From: Tubiluchus corallicola
Taxonomy: Eukaryota; Animalia; Priapulida
Length of the DNA stretch: 64,000 nt
Reading direction: 5' to 3'
Assembly (NCBI GenBank): GCA_030141605.1
Contig: JAQGDQ010002372.1
Span: forward strand, 558,001-622,000
Shown here one piece after another: positions 49,675 through 62,586 of the stretch. The position numbers and the translations under genes are program-made. The stretch's first letter is position 1, and each line of letters starts with the position of its first letter. Below the pieces are notes generated by a model. It was not told the DNA's origin. It was given only the letters and a program-made list of their open reading frames with translations, and searched no databases.

Positions 49675-50067
49675 ATGAAGATCGGCATAGTAAGTTGACA
49701 CAAAAAAGGCGCTTCATGCCGTAAATCCTGTATACTTCGTTGGGATAAATCTTTAGACACAATGGATTACCTACAGTCAATAGATCCGTATGATTAAATT
49801 AATAATATAGCTAAGACTGACTATAGTTTCGTTCTGTATCAGCATTTTGTCATTCAGTCTTCTTGAATATTATTTTTACAGGTGAGCGTGATAATTTGCT
49901 GCTGTGAAATCATTCACTTTGTCAAAGGTAAGCCTCATTCATTTTTACAGACACATATATTGCAATCCCCTTTGTTTTACGTATATATATTTGCTTCGGA
50001 TTGCATATATGTATATATATATATACATATAGATAGATGGATGGATGGATGGATGGATGGATGGATG

Positions 50068-50137
<70 letters not shown>

Positions 50138-52443
50138 GTAGATAGATAGATAGATAGATAGATATAGATATAGATATAGATATAGATATAGATATAGATA
50201 TAGATATAGATATAGATATAGATATAGATATAGACATAGATATAGATATAGAGAGATAGGTAGATGGATGGATTATTTTGTTCCCATATCTTATAATGTG
50301 TAATTAAAGTTAGTAACAATAATAGGAAATAACAACACACAAGTATTTACAAACACACACGTTGTCCAAGAATTGTTTTACGATTTTTTCGTCAGGTATA
50401 TTTCGATAATTTCATCAGGGCTTATCAAAAGAGTGTTCAACAGAAACACGGTCAGGAACCGCATATGAATTTACACACTCTTTTTGTCTTTGTGTTGTGT
50501 TCAGTTGTGCATTCAATCACACGCCAAAAATCTATGTGGATATTTCATCATAACCATGTTTTTTACAAAGAAGCAAAAATTTTGTGTTGTGCGATAAACG
50601 TTTTTAACTTATACAGGACAAGAAAAGAAGTAGGTTTCAGAAAAATTGCCTTAAAAAATTATATTACTTTACAGCATTTTCATGCATATATCGTACTCGC
50701 GTTAAAGGGAATTTTTGTTTGTTTTCATTTTGAATCTCCCGCAATACTGTTCTGAAGTCACCGTTACACGACGTCGCTTATGCAAATGTAAATCAGGGGA
50801 AGAAAAGGCAATGTTAAATTATGTCCCAAAAAACTTTCAATGCAAATCTATATTACTTGGCATTTCGCTTACCTGCTGGAAAGCCTTATGTAAGTATAAA
50901 TAATAACTTAAATTTTCGTGCCAATTGGAAAAATATCGCTGGCTCACCCTAAAACGTTTTTTAATCTTATTGAGAAGATACAGTAATTTAAAATTTTACT
51001 TTGTTAGTAACATGTGTGCTACGATTGCTCTGATTATTTTTTCAAATTGCACGCAATGTTATCTAAACTTGTTTCAAACGACCTACCATTAAAAACTGGC
51101 TGCGTCTAACGGTCATCGCGGGTGTTTGAATTTACAAGTTTTATACAGCGTTACTGCCGATGCAAGCCATGCATATGAAAAGACAGTATGTAAGTGGTAT
51201 AAAATTTCAAGACGAATTTTTAAGCTTTATGTAAGTGGAGGGCTTTCTTGCACTTTAATTGGGAGTTTAGATAAAATAAATAGACCACGAATATTCAATG
51301 TTGCAGAATCGACAGGGGCCGAAAGCATTTTTTGTTCTGCAAAGTTGTTTTTGGAGTCTTGGAGGCCATGATTTCTATCATTGTTTTTATGCTAACTGAC
51401 TTTTTTGAGCTGTACATAAACGTGCTTAATTATTTTGACACAGGACAAGTAATTAACGAGGGAAAACATGAATGGACGAGAGGCAATGCCGCAGATACGA
51501 ATGGAAAAACTGTAGACATTATAGCCACGAAGTAAGCACAATCGTCTATTAAACCTGATTTGTCTGAGCAAAATCCTGATTACTCTCCAGAAAACGCAAA
51601 CCTAGGTTTTACCGTTTTGCTACTATGGTTTTCTAAGCAAGATTTCTGGGCAAAACTAAGGTAATTTTGCCGAAAAAACTCCACTGGGTTAATTGTGGAC
51701 ATTGGTTTTGCTACATTAATCGTCGTGCATTAAAAAAGAAAATGACTTTTTAGAATAAACGGTTAATAAAATCGGTATACATGTACCTAGGCATCCTTTT
51801 AAATGTCGTTTAACACACAAATAGTTAAAACCGCAACAACTTTAAAGGAAATGGAAGTGGTGCTGACAAGCCACTGGCGTAGCAGTGTGTAGTTTTTTTG
51901 TTGGATTACTGCTGCGTTTACCTGTCTGAAGGCAGATTTCTTTTATTTTATAATTGTGCCTGCCCAATGTCTACAATAGATGTGACGGGCGTATGATGAT
52001 GATGAACTTTAAAACAGAATCCAGATAGGGAAAAGTAATGTTAGTCGCACATAAATATTCAAAAAAAGAAAAACTTGAATCATCTTGACTTGTATACTCT
52101 TGCACTTGTTGTGTCTTATGACTCCGACCTTTGTACGAAAGATTTTCGCATACTCATTCTTATTACATGTGTAAATTTTGCATGCGGGTAATTACAGTAT
52201 TGAACGAAATTTAACCGTAGGAAACCTAGAATACTTCTTCTTTTTTCTAGAACTGAATCAACATATTTAGAAGTGAGATGTATGTATCATTGTATGAGGG
52301 ATGACCGATGTACGCTGATAGGACTAGATTCAACAAGTGAGGAATGTACACTCTACGGTGATGCAACACTATTGTCTATGCCAGGTGTTGTACCACCAGC
52401 CTCAAATCAATACTTACTCCTCAAATCCTACTTTAACTTGTAG
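49675..52443 (+). CDS. small secreted protein with a single PAN/apple-like domain, 4 exons, 113 aa
   Basis: Exons 49675-49689, 49882-49927, 51444-51531, 52251-52443 with strong donors (gtaagt, gtaagc, gtaagc), pyrimidine-rich AG acceptors and compatible phases 0/1/2. Translation: [113 protein letters not shown]. Signal-peptide-like N-terminus and C-x3-C-x5-C-x10-C-x-L pattern. Confidence 0.78.
50030..50270. repeat. compound (GATG)n/(GATA)n/(GATATA)n microsatellite
   Basis: Directly visible; lies in intron 2 of the plus-strand gene. Confidence 0.97.
50615..51254 (+). mobile_element. non-autonomous DNA transposon copy (family of 57432-58104)
   Basis: AGGACAAGAAAA ... TTTCTTGCACT followed by TTAA; colinear with the other two copies. 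Confidence 0.82.
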
Positions 52444-54796
52444 ATCAACATGTATGGCTTCAAAGAAACCACTGTCTAACGTTATGTTTTAATTTCTGTA
52501 ACTAACGATCTAGTTTTCTGTCCTAAACATTTTAACAAATCACTTTAAAAATGAGCTATGCTGCAATTTTGCAAGCTTCTCCAATTATGTCGCAATAACA
52601 GTTATTTTTTACAAACATTAACAGATTCCTGCTCACTAGAAATTAGCAAAGAATTCTATTTTGTTCAACCATCTATTTTTCTACGCTCTGTCTGTTTACA
52701 TATTTAGTTAACAGCATTGTATTCATCTTTTAATTCTCTAACTCAATCCTCTTAACTGGCCAAGTGTAGCTTGTTATGACATGCTTTGCATAAAAATAAC
52801 ACTCGGTTGCCGTGACCTGCCTTGATAGTCTGTACAATGACTTTTAAAGTGACACATATAGATGCCTCTTTCGTTCTTACAGAAGTCTCTGAAGATTTGG
52901 TTCTCTACTGTCCTAAACTTATCTTTTCTTTGTAGTATGCACATTTTATTGGCAATTTACGTAACCTTGTAGTCTACTTATATTTGTGTTTACGATAATC
53001 CCCACTTTCCTGATAAACACAAAATTGAATGTATAATTAATTTGGCATGCTTCTGATAGTAACATGAAGCTTGGCAACATGCACTCAGTTGCATGGCTAC
53101 ATCACGTTGAATAATTACTATTACATTCATTATAATATTTACACGATATGCACACACAGCAAAAGAATAGAAATCGTTATATTTTTAATATTAGATGATT
53201 ACACAGGTAAAAGTATACCTTTATATAATGCATTGAATGGATATTGCAAAAACTATAATACATAGACTTGTAGACCTGTAACTGCAAGAGTGCAAGTTAT
53301 GTTGTACGAACTACATGTGTTCATGCCTAATACTGTAATTTGTAAAGTGTATTAAACAGAAGCCCTAAATATGAGGAACAAAAGTTTTTGCCCGTTTACT
53401 TCCCTCTACAAAGGTTTTTGACTAAATGGCATTTGTACCTATTTATCAGATCACTCAGCCATTCACGCACTCACACAAATTACTTCTCTCCCCCCTTCTC
53501 TCTCTCTTTGACTCTGTCTTTTCCCTTCTTTGACAAATTTAATAACTACATAATGACTAAAGCTCTAAAGGGTAAATAACTAGTGTCGCACAAATTCTTA
53601 CAGTAAACCAGTGCCAAAGCAATGCCAGCTGACTACTATTAAAATCTCAGAACATATATTTGAAAATTCAACAAATTAATAAAAATAAAGATCTCTATCT
53701 CCATCCCTATCATCATGGAACAGTGCAAGTCATTGATTCTGAACAGAGTGTAACTTACAGATTGAAGAGAATAGCTCAATGGTCATAGTGTGTCATGTGC
53801 TTAGTCATGTGGCATACTGCATATACTTATATTGGTAGGAAGTACCTACATAAACATACAGACCTGTACCTCTGCCAGTTCAGTGTCTCATTGATTATTG
53901 TCCTTAGTAATTAATCAGGTGTTAGGACTGTGTCTTTTCACAACCTTAAATTAAATAAGCCTTAAATTAAGTGCAGCATATCACTAAATGCCAAAACTGT
54001 GTTGAGAACACTCTCAGCCAGTAGCGACTATTAGTATACCTTGTAACTACAGGCAAAATGTTTCATCCAATGGTTTTTCTCAAAACCTCTGCGAGAATTG
54101 CACATGTGCAAATACCTTAATCACTAGTTAAACAATTCAATTCTGCAAACACCAACCATTCTGTAAAACCTAGGAATTATACATTAACGTTCGGTTTATT
54201 CAAAAACTGTTTTTCAATTGTGTTTGACAATTATTGTCACCTCATACACTCTTTCAAAATGGAATAACAACTAGATTAATGTTTTCTAAGTTTCAAAGTT
54301 ACAAACAATTTTCAAGGTTTCAATCTCTTTTACCCAACTGTTTACATAATAACATCATTAAACATTATTTGGAAGTCACTGCGATTTTACAAAACCAGTA
54401 GGAAAAAACACAAGAAGCACTTTTTTCTGAATGCAAATAATTTACACATTGAAAGAAATTTAGTTACACCTATTTGACATCATACAACATCCACTTTAAG
54501 ATACACTTTCTTCTGAAATGAGTACAGATTTTTTTAAAAATACAATTAAACATTCGTCTACTCAATGGAAATACTCTTAATGAACAATGCAGTAATAATG
54601 CTCATAAAAAAATAAAACAACAGTTGAATAGTTCTGCTTCATACCATAAAGAACAGTGTTCATTTATACCTACAAAAATTTTCAAATTGCAACATCCAGA
54701 AACAAGAAAGTGTAAAATGTACCATCTTTTTTGCAAATATGACACAATGATAAATGATTATATGTACATATGTATCATACATTTTTATAAAGAAAT

Positions 54797-57700
54797 TCAA
54801 TCCATTCTAGTTTTTAAAGTCCGCACTGTCACTTTGTCTTTTTCACTGCAAAAAAACAATTACCTTTAATACAACATGATAAAAAACGTAATGATAAAAT
54901 AATGCTTTGTCAGTATCTAATTGACACTATTACAATCTAACTCTCGAGATAGAGTGCTGTGTCCCTTACACTTTCTCTTTTGCTTTGCGGCTCATACTAC
55001 TGTCTACATTAAAATTTACTTATACTTATTTAAATTGTAATATCAACAACTTTACTGTATTGAAGAACTCTCATGATTTAATGAAATACAAATCTTATGA
55101 GCAGTGTACAACAATCTTCTGATTTTCTACAATTTAAGAGAAGCACGCAAAACCGTGCATAACTGAGCTTGGAAAACTCTCAATACACATTAATAACACT
55201 AACAATCTTGTAAACTTGTACTGTTAGTGAAGACAATATAACTATATAACTATGTACATGTCAAAAATATGCAAACGCTTACAGTTTACGTCCATTAAAA
55301 TAAAAATCTAGTTTTAGGCTGCAGGGTTTGTTTATAATGAGCACTTTGGTTTATTATTAATGATCCTTCAGCAAAACTACAAGCATACTTAAAAGCACAA
55401 AAGCAGAAAAGATTATTTAAAGCACTTACATGATCCATACTTTTGCACCCCAACCTGAAATGGCATCTCTATCAACAGCATTTAGCAAAGCTTGTGATAT
55501 AGATTCAAATAATTCATCTGGACCCTATTAAAAAAACAAGCTTAAACAAAGGGACATATCCGTACTGAAAACTGTTCTCACCTAACTAGATAACGATGTG
55601 TTACTGCCAATAGATTCACAAGTCAAATCATTTGCAAGATATTAACAAAAGAAACATTTCAGATTTTCACAATAGTAAATAAGCCATAATACTACAAGTC
55701 AAACCTGAGCCATGCATCTTAATAGTTGGGCTACGTTTTCTAAGAAAAAGTTGTGTCTTACCAAGTTAGGTTCCCATAAAGATTCGCACATTCCATACAT
55801 TTGCTCACTAGCCGTCCCACTCACGACAAAATCATCAGTGACCATAGGACAACCAATAAGATCCAATGAACATATAAATGGTTCATTAGTCTGTGGATCT
55901 AGTCCAGCAATAACTGGTTCAACAAAATACGGGCCAAACCTAAAGATAAAAAATACATGTATAATCCGGGCATTTCCAAGTCTTAATTACTTAATGAAAG
56001 TTTCTCATATAGTCAACAGCAATAATACTTTTGAGTATTAATATCAAGCATGACATTTTGTACTTAACTGCAAATAAAGTCATAACGTTTTTGAGACTTA
56101 CCATAATATAACAAAATAAAAATAAAACCAACTGTTCAAATTCAAACTCAGTATACCCGTATTCACTCTAGTTAAACTACAAAACTTTTAACAATTATGG
56201 TTAACTAAAAATAGTGGGAAACTTGGCAGACTAAATTATGCCATAATGGACTCAAAGGCACTTTGGGCATTATTTTATTAAATCCATTGTATTTACGGAT
56301 CACATGCCTTAATTTAATTTCAATGAAATTGAAAGTTCTAAATTTGCAGATGTGACTAATTTTGTAAAAATGTCAGCATTGAAAACAGAGCGATAGGTAT
56401 TCCAAAAGCCAAATCAAGAATTAGTTATTACTGAACAACTGGGGAGGTGGTCACTAGGAATAGGCAAAGAAAGCACTGTTTTAATAATGCAAAATACAAT
56501 AGTAGTTGGCTATCTGTTAATATTAGTATGTATATGATTTATTTTCCAATATGTAAAGGTTTTACATGCGTGCATGTATTAACAACTATGCAATGGACGT
56601 GAATAACATAAAAGATATAAACTCCTTACCTTCTTTCATACAGAAGATTTGAAACAATGCTCATAAAGGTTTTTGGCTTTAATGGCCTGTTCTCCCGCAG
56701 AGTATACAGATTAACTTTAAACTTTAATCTTAGAGCACTGAAAGTAAAAAGAACCTGAATAGGTACCAATTGTAACCTATCATAACAAAGCATTAAATGT
56801 ACGAAACCAAGACTAAGACACTTTTTTATTTAATTATCAAACAATTTGCACAAAATAATGAGAAAATAAGCTTGTAACTTTCAGCTTACAACAAACTATC
56901 TACACAATGTCTGGCAAAATAATGTCTTTTTTTACTGTTTAAGTTATTCGTAAAATCAAATCAGGACGGTACTAATTAACATCGGTTTTGAAGGTGAAGT
57001 TACACAGAGTACGCTAAGACAGCCGACTAGCTCTTAACATTACGATTAGGTCTAAGCACAAAGCTAAATGCTTATCATTACAATATAGTAAATCTGCACA
57101 CATTTTATTTTATACTTGATGGTAGCACAACACTTACACTGTCTGTGTATCTGTTGCTAAACCTGGCAAACCAACATATAATTTTGGACTCATCTCAAAA
57201 ACTTTGTCAAAATCCATGGAAATTGTTTGCCCCTGAATACCAAATCTTCTATCACAGGCAATAGCCACACAATCCTTCCCCTTCATGGCCATTACCACAC
57301 CGCCGTTGTACGCAAGTATACTCTGAAAAAGATCAAATATTTAAATGCAGCACCTACTTATACATCAAAATAAAACAATAAACCATTAAATATACAAGGT
57401 TAGTAGAAATTAAGATTAATAAAGGGGCTTAAAGGACAAGAAAAGGGGCACCTGAAGTAGGTTTCAGAAAAATCGCCTTGAAAAATGATATTGCTTTACA
57501 ACAATTTTATGCACATACAATCGTGTTCGCGTTGAAAGGAATTTTCGTTTGTTTGCATTTTAAATCTCCCGCAATACTGTTTCGACGGTGCCATTCCATG
57601 ACGTCACTATGCCATGTAAATCAAGGGAAGAAAGGGCAATGTTAAATTGTGACCCAAAAAACTTTCCGTGCAAATCTATATTACTTAGCAGTTCACTTAC

Positions 57701-59351
57701 CTGCTGGAAAGACTTATCTAACTAGACTAATAATTTAAAATGCTTGTGCCAGTCGGTAAAATGTCACTGACACACCCTCCAGGGTGCGACACTCACTAAC
57801 CAAAAACGTATTTTTAATCTTATTGACAAGATACAGTAATTTAAAATTTTACTTAATTAGCAACATGTATGCTATTAATGCTCTGATTATTTTTTCAAAC
57901 TTTACTCAATGTTATCAAGACTTGTTTCAAACGACCTACCATTAAAATGGCTGTGCCTAACGGCCATCGCGGGAGTTTAAATTTACATGTCTTATACAGC
58001 GTTACGGCCGATGCAAGCCATGCATATGAAAAGGTAGTACATAAGTGGCATAAAATTTGGAGACGAATTTTTAAGCTTTATGATGTGAAAGGTTTTCTTG
58101 TGCTTTAAAACTGGAGTGATAAACGACAAGGTCAAGGACACTGGAAACTAGTCAGGCATTTGATAACCTTTCAACACCTAGGACTTCGAGTTAAATTCAC
58201 AATGTAGGGCAGGGGCATGGAAAGTTGTATGGTGAATAATAACCGCTCCTACGGTCAAGGACCCTAGGCATTATCCAAGGTTTCCTAAATATTTCTGCTT
58301 ACTTCCTTGATAGTATCTTAAATGGTCATTCATACTTTAGAATACTGTCAAACATATGAAAGAATTATTCAAGTGCTTCGTTAATTGACAGAACAGAGTC
58401 ATCTACTGCATTAAAACTGTTGAAGGCATCAAACTCTGTGGAAGATTGTATATGTTGCAGAAAATTTTTTGCAGGAGCAGATATGGATGGAAACTATGAC
58501 GAAGAATACAATCAGTACAGTGTTTAGCCCTTGCAAACTTGTGGAGAGAGACACTAGTAATTACAGAAGCAAAATGCCACGAAGAAGCTCTGTTGGTCTT
58601 ATTACGAAAACAAATAAAACAATATTAACAAGAACATTCTGCCGTGAAGCAGAATCTTAATAAAATACAATATGTCGTAATTTACAATTACCACTGAATA
58701 TTACACGCATATTATCATCATAATAGTCAGAGACTTGCATCCACACTAAGCTGATACATCTGTGAGGCGATTCACAGAGGCTATTCTGATATTTCTGTCA
58801 AGCTCTGTATATCCACATCATAAAGGAGCAAGCCAAAAAGAAAAGTGCATCCTGTCACGCTGTTGATCTTACACCTCTACACTGAGCCCCAAGATTTCTC
58901 TAAATTTTATCACTTGTCTGATCCAAGCATTGACTCTTACTACTAGCAGTACTAGTGTGCCCGTGTTTACTGAACATAGATCTGCTTCGTTCATTACGAT
59001 TTCCAAACACTTTTTAGCTACTTCACATTTCAACAGATATTCATTCGTATCACACTCCTTCGCACACAGTGGACAGATTAAATCATCCTTACACTTATTT
59101 TTATAATTACACTTTAATTTGATCATCTTTAATTTCAATTCAGTAATTTCATACACAGTTTTTTCATCACACTCCATCACATAATTTATTGCCTGTTCCC
59201 AAAATTTCCACACTATTTTCCATAAATCTCAGTTTTATCATATCATCACACTTTTTCACAGCTTCAACTTTTAGATACTGTTTAACTATGCGAGGGAATT
59301 CAATTTATGAATTAATAAATATTGAGGGTAAATAAATATTAGACTTACCAT
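54797..59351 (-). CDS. PSMB3: proteasome subunit beta type-3, 6 coding exons, 205 aa
   Basis: Exons 59349-59351 (ATG only), 57138-57322 ([30 protein letters not shown]...), 56630-56737, 55762-55939 ([15 protein letters not shown]...[18 protein letters not shown]...[13 protein letters not shown]), 55430-55524, 54797-54845 ([15 protein letters not shown]). 618 nt; sequence matches the PSMB3 family. Confidence 0.96.
57432..58104 (+). mobile_element. 673-bp non-autonomous DNA transposon, Kolobok-like, in PSMB3 intron 1
   Basis: TIRs AGGACAAGAAAA / TTTTCTTGTGCT (11 of 12 match) with TTAA on both sides (57428-57431, 58105-58108). A TTAA target with AG...CT ends fits Kolobok better than piggyBac (CC...GG). 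Confidence 0.8.
58712..59290 (-). mobile_element. 3' relic of a non-LTR retrotransposon (LINE) in PSMB3 intron 1
   Basis: ORF 58869-59213 contains [14 protein letters not shown]...[17 protein letters not shown], resembling the C-terminal CCHC knuckle of LINE ORF2 with H replaced by Y. It is followed by a short 3' region ending in a short ATG/ATT-type tail. Boundaries are approximate. Confidence 0.55.
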
Positions 59352-62300
59352 GGTAACTAAATGAAATGTAATGACAAACTAATAAATAGCGATATTTCTC
59401 TTTTACAGATTATACACATAAAAAGTGTATTTAAAAATTTAATAATTAAGTTACACAAATTTATCATGCATGACAAGCAAAAGCCGTAACAGAGGCACGC
59501 AAAAGGCAAGAGCCTGAATGATGACAAGTTTACTCTGAGCTAACCTGTTCAGTTTATATTGTTTTATTGTAGAGAAGACTGTGAATTCGACTCAGCATTC
59601 CATAATAATAACGACTAGAGGGATTATTACATTTTCTGCTGGACTGCTACGAATAGCTTTACTTAAGTCCTGCCTTGAGTTGATTTTTTGTTGCTTTTGC
59701 TTGATATAATTTCTTGCTTTAAGCTGAATTCTGTTTTGCTTTGCTTGTGATAACTTCTTTTTACCTTGAGTTGAATTGAGTTTTGCTTGATATAATCATT
59801 TTATTCTTTGATAATTTTTGTTTGCTTTGCAGAATTTTGTTTGCTTTTTCTGTTTTCATTTGATATGAGATATATTTATTGATTTGTTTTTGTATTGCAT
59901 TTTGACATTACTGTGTCTGTTTCATTTTTATCATAAATTTATGCATAATTATAGTATAACTATTATTATTATTTAAAATGTAACCTTGTATTCAGGTATC
60001 ATGAAATTGTCTCTTACTATTTCTCCATTCTTTAAAAATTTGACTAGATTAAGTGATTAAGTATGCACAATCTATTTTTAATACTGTAATGTTTTTTTAT
60101 AATAATCACCAAAAATGTCATGTGCCTGTAAGTAAACATGTATTACATGTAAAAATCAAGTGACCAATAGGCCTTTCTCAGTTGCATTAAAATCTTAATA
60201 AATCATGTCGAATTTTTAACTGTTATTGAGAAAATCAACTTGAATTAAATTGAATTGAATTGAATAGTAATACAGGAATTACTGGATGAATGAGCGTTAC
60301 ACATAACTTTTTGCTACAGGAGTGTAAAAAATGAGTAATAGTGCACAACAAAAAGTATCATGCCAATTTATTACATCAGGGTACTGCTGAAACAATAGAG
60401 AACCTGGCATGCCTTCAATACTAAAATGTGAAGCCTCTATGCCAACTGCCTATATAACTAGCACAGTCTGCAAACTTGGGGGATATATATATATATATAT
60501 ATATATAATCGGAGCAGTAATTCAAGGAGAGACATGCCCAGCTCATTATATTGCAATACTTCTTGAAAACATACGGGTAACCTTCTACAAGAAACAGTGG
60601 TTCAGTATTGTTGCATTAATCATAGTACTATTATTGTATCCAGTAGTAATTTACCACTGCTTGTGTTAAATTAGCACGTCCACACCGACACGCACCCATT
60701 ATCATTAATAACAACAAAAGAATGTACTGATGAGCATTTAACAGGTTGTATGGCTTCTTTCTTTTTCCAGCCAACAGGAAACCTCGGTGACTTATTATTG
60801 TTATTTAAGCTATAGCGAAGGTTTTGATTCCCTCGAAAGCATCGTTACTTACAACTAGGGTTTTAATTATTTTTCGGGGGAAACACCTGAAAAAAGTCTT
60901 ACACGTATAAGTAGAGAATTTCACATACTTTGTAACTGCATAACAGAATAAATTGTATTGCCAAGGTTGCTTGCAATAGTGGGTAAACTAGTGAACATTA
61001 GACAGACTGAACAGGCCTTTATTGTCAGTATTGTGGATCATAGATTAATTTTGCTGTTTATCTGCTATAATTGCATACTGCTAGTGGTTTATTCACGAAA
61101 CTGGCAAGTCTGCCTTCAAAACAACAGTAAACTAAACGATATGCATCAATAAATGTTCTAAGAATGGTAATTTGACATCATGAAATGCTAGGTGCATTCA
61201 GGGAGCCATTAAAAAATAACCTGGCAAATAGCAGCAGCCCGCCTGCACAAGCAAATGGAACACTAAGATTTCATTCTTCTCCAGTATCTATGTTGAATAC
61301 TAACAAATGTGGATAAATGTCAAGATCTTCTTTGAAGTGGCTTTCGACAATTGAGATATTGGATGGTAAAATGTTAGATAGTGATTTATTGGAAAAAATT
61401 GTGATGAAAAGGTTTTATTATTATTATTTATTATTACAGAGTTTCGGTTGAAATTACAAGAAGATGGCAGGCGTCTAGTAGAGCCACACCCAATATTGCG
61501 AAATCGGTTTTCTTAAGTAATTCGATGCTGATGCAAAGTAGGCAACAGTTCAGCCTTGGTGTTGATGAACAAATTTGGAGATTGTGAAGTCCGACTTGAG
61601 AGAGCGAAGCATACAGTTGTGTCACTGTGTGGGAGCCATATTTTTCGCATTGCTATACTAATCAATCAATTTTAGCCTATGACATTAGCCATTTGAGAAG
61701 GAAATGCAGTCAGTGTAGCAAAAAGAAAAAAGGATTTTATAGACGTTTCATTATACTTATATGCGAGAGCTGACTACTTTAAAGGGGGGTCTGAAATAAA
61801 ATAAATACACTGGCAAGAAAATTAACTGAAACTAAGGTGACGATACGTGTATACTGAGGTTATTTACTTCAATGTGTGAGTGAATACTGTGTTAACGTAA
61901 AATTTACGTACCGATCATGTGAGATGTTGTGATGTGCTGCTGGTGAACTTATGAATTGATTCCATGACATGTTATGTTAACTTTAATAAACTTCCTTCAG
62001 GTTTAACCCACTAATGCTCGACTACATGACTTTGCGCACTGCTGTACACCCTTCACGTGCCAGTACAAATATAAACTGTAAAGACCAGAAAAAACCCATC
62101 CACCTCAACTCGATGTGCTTAAGAAAATATAAAAATGCTGAAAACTACAGCATTTTTGTCAACTTTGCGTTAAAGAACGTATACACAGTCTGATAAAAGT
62201 CGTTATCATTACACAGCCATTTAAAAATGTGCTTGTTTTGCAATTATAATTGGTCACTATAGTGATCAGTGGTATTCTTTTATAGTATTTTCTATTATTG

Positions 62301-62457
62301 AGTAAAAATTTGAAAGTTAATATTGTTATTTTTCGCTAAATTATTTATTTATTGTGTTTATTTTTCGTTGTACAATTTTGAGTGTAATGTTTTTTTTGTA
62401 AATATGTAACTAATCATAATTTGTCTCTCTGGTTTCATTCAAGGTGCGCGTTGTAGG

Positions 62458-62465
62458 ACGGAAGT
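62458..62465 (+). promoter_or_regulatory. ETS-type motif ACGGAAGT in a CpG-richer patch upstream of MOB4
   Basis: Motif match ~70 bp upstream of the MOB4 ATG; typical of housekeeping promoters; not functionally verified. Confidence 0.3.
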
Positions 62466-62532
62466 TAACTGATCGGTGCATACTGCGCGGTCAGATTTCT
62501 TTGTTGTTATGGAACATACGGAAGAAACCAAA

Positions 62533-62586
62533 ATGTCGGATGCAATCGTTGTTTTGAGAAGAAATCGGCCAGGAACTAAGGCTGAG
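62533..62586 (+). CDS. MOB4: MOB4/phocein, first coding exon (gene continues beyond window)
   Basis: MSDAIVVLRRNRPGTKAE followed by a phase-0 GT donor; VLRRNRPGTKA is the conserved N-terminal motif of MOB4. Confidence 0.88.

Noticed and set aside
49945-50340. Poly-IY, poly-SI and LSIY ORFs
   Set aside because: Translations of the GATA-type microsatellite.
50465-50755. ORF with signal-peptide-like start [17 protein letters not shown]
   Set aside because: Runs into the transposon, and I found no phase-compatible donor to the 51444 exon. The 49675/49882 exons give a cleaner model.
51980-52034. AG/GT-bounded candidate extra exon in the PAN-like gene
   Set aside because: Stop codons in all three frames.
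60500-61640. Faint FLYWCH-like (FLVEGYPYVFKK...WAC) and RTE-like (EITRRWQASSR...SVFLS) translations
   Set aside because: Short, interrupted and too weak to call without a profile search.
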